From: Nostoc sp. CCY 9925 | GTDB taxonomy: Bacteria > Cyanobacteriota > Cyanobacteriia > Cyanobacteriales > Nostocaceae | Assembly (NCBI RefSeq): GCF_963920935.1 | Contig: NZ_CAWUDO010000034.1 | Location: 49,138-81,137 of the forward strand | DNA length: 32,000 nt | Reading direction: 5' to 3' | Translations under genes and position numbers: made by a program | The notes under the pieces: generated by a model | Told to the model about the DNA's origin: nothing | What the model saw: only the letters and a program-made list of their open reading frames with translations | Database searches by the model: none | Part shown: positions 23,127 to 31,300 of the stretch, piece after piece | How positions within the stretch are numbered: the stretch's first letter is position 1 | How the letters are laid out: each line of letters starts with the position of its first letter

Positions 23127-24698
23127 ATGGCTCGTACCCCAACATTAACTTTCGATCGCGGCACACTCATTTTGCATCCACCACCACGTGGCAAAGCTTG
23201 GATGGACTACGCCACATGGGATGATAGAGTTGAAAAATTCCGCATTCCAGCGATTAGATACCGATCGCTGGTGGAAGCACTACAAGCGGAAGATGTGAAC
23301 TTTATCGATGAAGCAAAGGAGTTTTATCCTCTAGATTTGGTTTCTAGTTTGGAAATGGAACCTTATCCTCATCAGAGTGAAGCCCTAGCAGCTTGGAAAG
23401 TAGCGGGTAGGCAGGGGGTGGTTGTGCTTCCCACGGCGGCGGGAAAGACTTATTTAGCACAAATGGCGATGCAGTCAACCCCCCGCACGACGCTGATTGT
23501 AGTGCCAACTTTGGATTTAATGCATCAGTGGTATGCACATTTAGTGGCGGCTTTCCCGGATGCTGAGGTGGGATTGCTGGGGGGTGGTTCGCGGGATAAG
23601 ACAGCGATTCTCGTGGCGACTTACGATAGTGCCGCAATTCACGCGGAAGCTATCGGAAATCAATATGCTTTGATTGTTTTTGATGAATGTCATCACTTAC
23701 CAACAGATTTTAATCGGGTGATTGCGGAATATGCGATCGCACCCTATCGCTTGGGACTTTCTGCAACACCAGAACGCACCGATGGCAAACATGCTGATTT
23801 AAATATTCTCATTGGTCAAGAAGTATATCGCAAACGCGCTGAAGATTTAGCGGGGAAGGCGTTAGCAGAACACGAAATTGTCCAAATTAAGGTCAAGTTA
23901 TCGCAAAATGAACGAGAAAGATACAACCAATTAATTCAAACTCGCAACGACTTTTTAAAGCAATCTCGTATTTCTTTGGGCAGTCTTCAAGGTTGGCAAA
24001 TGTTCGTGCAAATGAGTGCGCGATCGCAAGCTGGACGTAGAGCTATGTTAGCGCATCGCGAAGCCAAAGATATTGCTTTGGGTACTGATGGGAAGTTGCG
24101 AATTTTAGCTAATTTATTGGCAGAACATTATCCGGCAAGAATTTTAATTTTTACTGCTGATAATTCTACGGTTTATCGCATTTCTCAAGAGTTACTAATT
24201 CCGGCAATTACCCATCAAACGCCTGTGAAGGAACGCCATGAAATATTAACAAAGTTTCGTGAGGGTACGTATAACACTTTGGTTGCTTCTCATGTGTTGA
24301 ATGAAGGTGTTGATGTGCCGGCGGCTTCTGTGGCAATTATTTTATCGGGAACGGGTTCGGCTAGAGAGTATACTCAGCGCTTGGGGAGGATTTTACGGAA
24401 GGGAAATATTGAGAATAAACAGGCGATTTTGTATGAGGTGGTGGCGGAGGATACGAGTGAAGAGGGGACTTCGGCGAGGCGGAGAGGGGAGAGTGGGGGA
24501 CAAGGGGAGAAGAAGGGGAATTTGCAGGTTGTGTATGGGAGTGGGAAGGGAAGGAGTTTGAAGGCGGCGGAACAGTTAGAAATTAATTATTCAACTGGAA
24601 GTTCAAAATCTAAAATCAAAAATTCAGATGTTACCGACAGATTTACTGATGCATCGCCAAAACGGGGAAGAGATCATCCCGAAGAGACTGAAGATTGA
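23127..24698 (+). CDS. XPB/Ssl2-like superfamily-2 DNA helicase (DEAD/DEAH box, ResIII-type)
   Basis: The start MARTPTLTFDRGTLIL resembles an XPB-type N-terminal domain. Helicase motif I is LPTAAGKT, motif II is FDECHH, motif III is LSATPER and motif VI is YTQRLGRILR. The C-terminal tail is low-complexity and G/E/R/S-rich. I chose the start at ATG 23127, because upstream codons are read from the heptamer array. Confidence 0.85.
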   Translation: MARTPTLTFDRGTLILHPPPRGKAWMDYATWDDRVEKFRIPAIRYRSLVEALQAEDVNFIDEAKEFYPLDLVSSLEMEPYPHQSEALAAWKVAGRQGVVVLPTAAGKTYLAQMAMQSTPRTTLIVVPTLDLMHQWYAHLVAAFPDAEVGLLGGGSRDKTAILVATYDSAAIHAEAIGNQYALIVFDECHHLPTDFNRVIAEYAIAPYRLGLSATPERTDGKHADLNILIGQEVYRKRAEDLAGKALAEHEIVQIKVKLSQNERERYNQLIQTRNDFLKQSRISLGSLQGWQMFVQMSARSQAGRRAMLAHREAKDIALGTDGKLRILANLLAEHYPARILIFTADNSTVYRISQELLIPAITHQTPVKERHEILTKFREGTYNTLVASHVLNEGVDVPAASVAIILSGTGSAREYTQRLGRILRKGNIENKQAILYEVVAEDTSEEGTSARRRGESGGQGEKKGNLQVVYGSGKGRSLKAAEQLEINYSTGSSKSKIKNSDVTDRFTDASPKRGRDHPEETED

Positions 24699-25842
24699 TC
24701 GGCAAACTTCGGAGTTGGCGATTGAGTTAATTAATTATTTTCAATCAGCAGTGGGGAAAACTCAGGGTATGCTTGAGCGACAACTGACTGATTTTGAAGG
24801 AGATTCGACAGATTATCGAGTGAAGCGGGGATTAGCTTATATTCTCAAAAGCAGTTTTTGTACTTTTGAGGTGGTTAGTCCTTTAGAACCACAAATGTTA
24901 AGAGAACGGGTGTTTTCTCTGGCTGCAAAGTCTGTTTCTAGTCGGGAATCCACACAAGTTACTTTGACGAAAGTTGCTGATGAGTTAACTCAAGAACTTG
25001 AACGGGAAGTGTTACCAGAACAGGTTCGCAATGGATTATATGCTGATTTATCTGAGAATAAAATTTTGACGGTTTTTGATGCACCAACAGCGCCAGATTT
25101 GTTAAATCGCTATAACTTATCTCAGGTGCAGGGTGTGTTTTATAAAGCAAGTCAGTTGGTGTTAAATGCTCATCGGAATGTTCCGGGAGAATATAAGCTG
25201 TTATTTCGTTATTTAAAGTTGTTTCAATTGATGGCTTATATTGAAGGTGATGCTGACCACGGATTTACAATTACAATAGATGGTCCGACGAGTTTGTTTA
25301 ATCCTAGTACGCGATATGGCTTGGCGATCGCTAAACTCATTCCCGCTTTACTTCACGTTACAAAATGGAGTCTTTCTTCAATTCTCCAAACCCGTGACGT
25401 TTATACAAATACTTGGAAAACTGGACGTTTTACTCTGAATTCCGAATGTGGTTTAGTATCTCATTATCCACCAGGAAAGCCTTACGATAGTATGCTAGAA
25501 GCATCCTTCGCTGATAAATGGGATGCCTTGAAAAGTGGTTGGGCTTTAGAGAGAGAAGTTGATTTGATACCAATTCCTGGTAGTGTGATGATTCCTGATT
25601 TTCGCTTAGTGCATCCTGATGGACGCACTTTCTTATTAGAAATTGTTGGTTATTGGCGTCCAGAATATTTACAAAAGAAGTTTTCTCAGGTGCGGCGTGC
25701 TGGACGAGATGATTTGATTTTGGCTATTTCCGAACGACTTAATTTAGAAAAGGCGGGAGTAAAATTAAATGATGTCCCCGCCAGAATTGTTTGGTTTAAA
25801 GATAAATTATTGCCAAAAGCTGTCTTAGCTGTGATGGATTGA
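24628..25842 (+). CDS. DUF790/Bax1-family nuclease (partner of XPB-like helicases)
   Basis: It starts MLPTDLLMHRQNGEEIIPKRL and continues DYRVKRGLAYIL. The C-terminal nuclease-like core reads MIPDFRLVHPDGRTFLLEIVGYWRPEYL. The gene overlaps the helicase 3' end by 71 nt. Confidence 0.8.
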   Translation: MLPTDLLMHRQNGEEIIPKRLKIDRQTSELAIELINYFQSAVGKTQGMLERQLTDFEGDSTDYRVKRGLAYILKSSFCTFEVVSPLEPQMLRERVFSLAAKSVSSRESTQVTLTKVADELTQELEREVLPEQVRNGLYADLSENKILTVFDAPTAPDLLNRYNLSQVQGVFYKASQLVLNAHRNVPGEYKLLFRYLKLFQLMAYIEGDADHGFTITIDGPTSLFNPSTRYGLAIAKLIPALLHVTKWSLSSILQTRDVYTNTWKTGRFTLNSECGLVSHYPPGKPYDSMLEASFADKWDALKSGWALEREVDLIPIPGSVMIPDFRLVHPDGRTFLLEIVGYWRPEYLQKKFSQVRRAGRDDLILAISERLNLEKAGVKLNDVPARIVWFKDKLLPKAVLAVMD

Positions 25843-25853
25843 ACAAGTAAATC

Positions 25854-25939
25854 GTAGGGTGCGTTACGGCTTTAGCCTAACGCACCGCCATACATTATAT
25901 CAATTGAGGTGCGTTGCGCTTTGCGACAACGCACCCTAC
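25854..25939. repeat. Twin GC-rich hairpin repeat (gtgcgtt...aacgcac family) downstream of the Bax1-like gene
   Basis: The hairpins are gtagggtgcgttacggctttagcctaacgcacc and ggtgcgttgcgctttgcgacaacgcaccctac. The outer gtagggtgcgtt / aacgcaccctac ends are also mutually complementary. Confidence 0.8.
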
Positions 25940-25966
25940 TAATCACTTTGAACGAGGAGAAATGAG

Positions 25967-26203
25967 ATGAAAGCTATAGAAACAATTGCTACAGTTACCA
26001 AAGATGGTAAGATTACAGCGCAGTTACCATTGGATATTCCAGAGGGTGAGCATCAGGTGGTAATAGTAATTGATGAAAAGCCTTTGGCTAAACAAGAACA
26101 GAACAAACAAAAGAAAGCGCCTCTCAAATTTTCCGCCTATCCTGTAGGATTAGTCTCGGAAAGTTTAACCTTCCGCAGAGAAGACCTTTATGCAAACGAC
26201 TAA
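25967..26203 (+). CDS. Small antitoxin-like protein (VapB-position partner of the PIN toxin)
   Basis: 78 aa. Its stop overlaps the start of the PIN gene by 14 nt. The N-terminal beta-rich segment KAIETIATVTKDGKITAQLPLDIPEGEHQVVIVI is followed by a charged tail. Confidence 0.7.
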   Translation: MKAIETIATVTKDGKITAQLPLDIPEGEHQVVIVIDEKPLAKQEQNKQKKAPLKFSAYPVGLVSESLTFRREDLYAND

Positions 26204-26639
26204 TAACTCTGTTTTCATCGATACAAATATTTTAGTTTATGCAAATTTAGCCTTGTCACCATTTCATGTACAAGCTAAAGAACGACTTCAAGCATTTACA
26301 GAACAAGGTATTGATTTATGGATTAGTCGCCAAACTTTGAGAGAATATTTGGCAGCCATGACAAGACGAGGCGACTTAACTGGGAACATTCCTATTGCAT
26401 CTTTAGTGGCAGATGTACAGTATTTTGCTAGTTATTTTCGCTTGGTTGAAGATAATTTACTCGTGACAGAAAGTTTACTAACACTTATGGAGGAAATTCC
26501 TAGCGGTGGTAGGCAAGTTCATGATGCAAATATTGTTGCGACGATGCTAGTTTATGGCATTCCTCAATTATCCACTCACAACACAGGTGATTTTGCTGGA
26601 TTTTCAAGATTAATTACTGTGTTGCCATTACAAAATTAG
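26190..26639 (+). CDS. vapC: PIN-domain ribonuclease toxin (VapC-like)
   Basis: 149 aa with PIN acidic residues in the expected contexts: VFIDTNILVYA (N-terminal Asp), LREYLAAMT, and VHDANIVATM (C-terminal Asp). Confidence 0.8.
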   Translation: MQTTNNSVFIDTNILVYANLALSPFHVQAKERLQAFTEQGIDLWISRQTLREYLAAMTRRGDLTGNIPIASLVADVQYFASYFRLVEDNLLVTESLLTLMEEIPSGGRQVHDANIVATMLVYGIPQLSTHNTGDFAGFSRLITVLPLQN

Positions 26640-26664
26640 ACTGCTTGGTATTTTGCAATCCCAC

Positions 26665-27360
26665 TCACGAACTCCAAACACTTCTGCGTTGCCAATATTG
26701 GGCGACTCTTTTTTCCCACTCTTCCCAGTAATCTTTAATCATTGCTGGTTCAAACCAAAATACCTCGGCTGGCATCTCTGGAATTGCTACTACCAACAAA
26801 GCATGATTTAGCTGAATGCCATAATCTCGATAATAGTTGTTAATTGCTCCAATGTATGCTGTAAGTTGCAGTGGATGTTCGTATAAACGCTCAATTGAAC
26901 CTTTAGGTTTGTCTGCTGTTTTCCACTCGCAAATACAGGGGATGCCTTGATAACTGGCAATACAATCCACTTTGCCAGAATAGCTCAAATCGTAATGAAA
27001 AACGGAGCCTTCTACGAGTCTCACTGTGTCGATTTCTTCTAAAACTGGCTTAATACTTTCCCAATAAGGGCGACTACCTTCGGGACAAACAGGATTTTGT
27101 CCAAGGAGGTAGCGCTCAATTTGTTTGTGTGTTTGGGTTCCCCGACGACTGGCATTTGTAGATATGCGGTTGGCTTCTTCTGTTCCAACACGCGTTTTCC
27201 AATTTAATAATCTGTCTCTATCTTCTTGGGGTTTGGTGACATTAAGTATTGTGGTGACGCTAGGCAAGCGGTTTCCTTTGGCGTCTACATAATATTGTTT
27301 ACCATTTTCTCTCAGGGATTTACTATTAATTTGAGGTAGCAGTTGGGTATCAAATTGCAT
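26665..27360 (-). CDS. PD-(D/E)XK (RecB/Cas4-like fold) nuclease family protein
   Basis: 231 aa. The motif order is typical of RecB-type nucleases: RGTQTHKQIE, then GKVDCIA, then CEWKT, then QLTAYIGAI. There is no Cys cluster, so it is not a canonical Cas4. Confidence 0.65.
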   Translation of the reverse strand: MQFDTQLLPQINSKSLRENGKQYYVDAKGNRLPSVTTILNVTKPQEDRDRLLNWKTRVGTEEANRISTNASRRGTQTHKQIERYLLGQNPVCPEGSRPYWESIKPVLEEIDTVRLVEGSVFHYDLSYSGKVDCIASYQGIPCICEWKTADKPKGSIERLYEHPLQLTAYIGAINNYYRDYGIQLNHALLVVAIPEMPAEVFWFEPAMIKDYWEEWEKRVAQYWQRRSVWSS

Positions 27361-27880
27361 CAGTTTTTGTGTTGGCTTTGTGATTCTCTTTTGTAGGCAA
27401 GTGAATAAAACCCCATTCCATTGTAAGAAATAGGCTTGAAGATAAGCGTTTGTAAGATTGCAAAATGTGACTTTTACTTCAAATCATCCGCGTCTATCTC
27501 CTTTGATTCCAGCAATTTTTGCATAGGCGTAGCACATCGGATACATCGCTCACTTAAAATGTATTAAACTCAAGTTTGTAACTCGGCGATATTCCGTCTG
27601 TTGCATCACCCGCTATAGGTTAGAAACCTATGGCTAATAGCTAAAGTCTTCTCAAGAAGACTGAGAGTGGATTTGTGCTAAGCTAATGAGCATTTAAGTT
27701 GCATAAAACCAGGGCTGGAGCCGCTTCCTACAAGCAAATCACTCTGGAAAAATGAATGACGATTAGCTTATCGGCCTTGCAATTGATTGCAAGGTGGGAT
27801 ATGGGGTTAATTACTAAATGTGTGTACTTTCCGAAATAGACACAATTGCATTTGTATCTTCAAGTGCAATGAACTATTTC

Positions 27881-28348
27881 ATGATTATGGAACCTGTAAC
27901 ACTAACGGCAGCTGCAATCACAACTTTAATTTTCTCAGAAGCTTTGAAAGAAGGTGGGAAAGCTTTAGGAAAAAGTGTTTCAGAAAAAGTTGCTCAACTA
28001 TTGAGTGCTATTCGTGAAAAGTTTCAAACTGTGCAAACTGAAGGGCTACTGACACGAGCGCAAGAAAATCCAACAGATAAGAATACCTCAAAGTTCCAAG
28101 ATGAATTGGAAACGCAAATGGAGGAAGATAAAGTCTTTGCTAACCGCTTGGAAGAATTAATGACGCAGCTTAAATCGAATGAAACGATTAATCAAATTGT
28201 TCTCAAGGGAGTTAGGGTAACGGGTAAGGCTAAAGTCGGCAATATAGATTTAGTAGCTACAAGAGACGGTTCTGTGAATCAAGAAGCGCTAGTTGATTCT
28301 CAATTTAGCGACGATCTTGACGTTGGTAATGTGAACATCAAAGCCTAA
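27881..28348 (+). CDS. Small helical protein of unknown function, translationally coupled to the NB-ARC/TPR gene
   Basis: The ORF is open from 27818. Likely starts are ATG 27881 or 27887 (M-I-MEPVTLTAAAITTLIFSEALKEGGKALGK). A charged helical middle is followed by a G/V/N-rich C-terminal segment. The stop at 28346-28348 lies 4 nt before the next ATG. Confidence 0.6.
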   Translation: MIMEPVTLTAAAITTLIFSEALKEGGKALGKSVSEKVAQLLSAIREKFQTVQTEGLLTRAQENPTDKNTSKFQDELETQMEEDKVFANRLEELMTQLKSNETINQIVLKGVRVTGKAKVGNIDLVATRDGSVNQEALVDSQFSDDLDVGNVNIKA

Positions 28349-28352
28349 AATC

Positions 28353-31300
28353 ATGAACGATCGCCCTAACTTTGAGAAAATACAGCAGAGTGCGTTTAAC
28401 AATGTTCAAGCCCACGATATCACAGTTGGCAGCATTACCCAAATTGTAAACCAGGGTAAAACTCCGAAAGCAAAAGGTATTCCGCAAAATTTACCCATGA
28501 GTGGAGTGGTGAAGTTTGTTGGACGTGAAGCTGAGCTGCAAAACCTCCACCAGATGTTACAGGAAAATAATCAGGTGGCGATTGCAGCGATCGCTGGCAT
28601 GGGTGGTGTTGGTAAAACAGAACTGGCCTTACAATATGCAATAGCTCACCGTGAAAACTACAAAGGTGGAATTTGCTGGTTGCTGGCAAAGACTGGAGAT
28701 GTCGGCATTCAAGTTGTGCAGTTTGCGAGAACGCAACTTGACTTAAACCCACCAGAAGATTTAACAGAAGATCCTCAAAATAAATTACTCGCCCAAGTAG
28801 AATATTGCTTTCGCCATTGGCGTGAGGGTGATGTGCTGCTAGTGTTGGATGATGTCGCGGTATATAAGGAAGTCAAGCCTTATTTACCATCGTCATCTCC
28901 ACGGTTTAAAGTGCTGATGACTACGCGATTACGTTTAGGAGCATCCATTAAGCAATTATCTCTGGATGTATTGCAACCAGAAGCAGCCCTAGAGTTATTC
29001 CAGTCACTCATTGGCGCAGAACGGTTACAAAAAGAGCTTGATGTTGCTAAGTCTCTGTGTAAATGGCTGGGATATTTGCCTTTAGGGTTGGAATTAGTAG
29101 GGCGGTATCTATGTCAAGAAGGGCAACAAGACCTCTCCTTAGTAAAAATGTTGCAACGCTTGGAGAAAAAGCGACTAGAACAAACCGCCCTTGTTGAGCC
29201 AGAAGACGATATGACAGCACATCTGGGCGTGCAAGCAGCTTTTGAGTTGAGTTGGCAGGAATTAAAAGACACAGATAAGCAAATGGGTTGTTTGCTAAGT
29301 TTATTTGCCGCCGCGCCTATACCTTGGAATTTAGTAGAACAATGTTTACCAGAGGAAGACGAGGAAGATTTAGAGGAAATCAGAAATAATAAACTCCTGA
29401 AACTGCATTTGCTCCAGCGTCAAGGTGAGGAAACCTACCAATTGCATCCCCTACTGCGGGAGTTTTTCCAATATAAGCTTACAGATTTAGAACAGGCAGA
29501 GGAATTAAAGCGTTCCGTTTGCAAGGTAATGGTAGGAATTGCCGAAAATATTCCTTATACTCCCACCCTTGAGCAAATCAACGCTGTTTCCCCAGCTATA
29601 CCTCATATAGCTGAAGTAGCGAATCATCTCATTCAATACATCAGCGATGATGATTTAATTTGGCCATTTATCGGTAACGCTTGGTTTTACAATGGTCAGG
29701 CATTGTATGAAAAAGTAGCACCTTGGTTAGAGGAGTGTCTAGAAGTCACTAAACAGCGCTTAGGAGAAGAACATCCAGATGTTGCCGCTACCCTCAACAA
29801 CCTGGCACAACTCTACTACTCCCAAGGAAAATACAGCGAAGCTAAACCCCTGTACCTGCAAGCTTTAGAACTATGGCGACGCTTGCTGGGAGAGGAACAT
29901 CCATCTGTTGCCACTACCCTCAACAACTTGGGACAACTCTACTACTCCCAAGGAAAATACAGCGAAGCTGAAACCCTGTACTTACAAGCTTTGGAACTAT
30001 GGCGACGCCTGCTGGGAGAGGAAGATCCATTTGTTGCCACTACCCTCAACAACTTGGGACAACTCTACTACTCCCAAGGAAAATACAGCGAAGCTGAAAC
30101 CCTGTACTTACAAGCTTTGGAACTATGGCGACGCCTGCTGGGAGAGGAAGATCCATTTGTTGCCACTACCCTCAACAACTTGGGACAACTCTACTACTCC
30201 CAAGGAAGATACAGCGAAGCCGAATCCCTGTATTTGCAAGCTTTGGAACTAACGCGACGCCTGTTGGGAGAAGAACATCCTAATGTTGCACTTAACCTCA
30301 ATAATCTAGCAGCACTCTACTACTCCCAAGGTAGATACAGCGAACCTGAAACCCTAAACCTGCAAGCTTTGAAAATATGGCGACGCCTGCTAGGTGAGGA
30401 ACATCCTAATGTTGCACTTAATCTCAACAACCTGGCTTTACTCTACTACTCCCAAGGAAGATACAGCGAAGCCGAACCTCTGTACCTGCAAGCTTTGGAA
30501 ATATGGCGACGCCTGCTGGGAGAGGAACATCCTAATGTTGCACTTAATCTTAACAACCTGGCTTTACTCTATTACTCCCAAGAAAGATACACCGAAGCCG
30601 AACCTCTGTATCTGCAAGCTTTAGAACTATGGCGACGCTTGCTGGGAGAGGAACACCCTAATGTTGCACTTAATCTTAGCAACCTGGCTTTACTCTACTA
30701 CTCCCAAGAAAGATACAGCGAAGCTGAACGCCTGAACCTGCAAGCTTTGGAACTAAGACGACGCCTGCTGAGTGAGGAACACCCTGATGTTGCACAAAGC
30801 CTCAACAACTTAGCGGGACTTTACGAATCTCAAAAAAGATACAGCGAAGCTGAACACATGAATCTGCAAGCTTTGGCACTCACACGCAAGTTGCTGGGAG
30901 AGGAACACCCTAATGTCGCCACTAGCCTCAACAACCTAGCGGGACTCTACGAATCGCAAAAAAGATACAGTGAAGCTGAACCCTTGTACATTCAAGCTTT
31001 AGCACTCACACGCAAGCTGCTGGGAGAGGAACACCCAGATGTCGCCACTAGCTTCAAGAACCTAGGATTACTCTACTACTTCCAAGACAGATACAGCGAA
31101 GCTGAACCCCTTTTAATCGAAGCTTTGGCACTCAGGCGCAAGTTGCTGGGAGAGGAACACCCAGATGTCGCCACTAGCCTCAACAACTTAGCGTACGTCT
31201 ACGAATTCCAAGACAGATACAGCGAAGCTGAACCTCTGTACATTCAAGCTTTAGCAATCAGACGCAAGTTGCTGGGAGAGGAACACCCAGATGTCGCCAC

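Noticed and set aside
24301-24561. 86-aa ORF 24301..24561 (+) rich in R/G/W
   Set aside because: It is an off-frame reading of the helicase motif V-VI region and of the purine/G-rich tail DNA. The helicase frame carries the conserved motifs.
29908-30624. ORF-track entries 29908..30252 and 30394..30624 (+), with internally repetitive proteins
   Set aside because: They are alternative-frame readings of the 126-bp TPR repeat DNA inside the 28353..32000 gene. Their periodicity only mirrors the repeat, and they have no independent start context.
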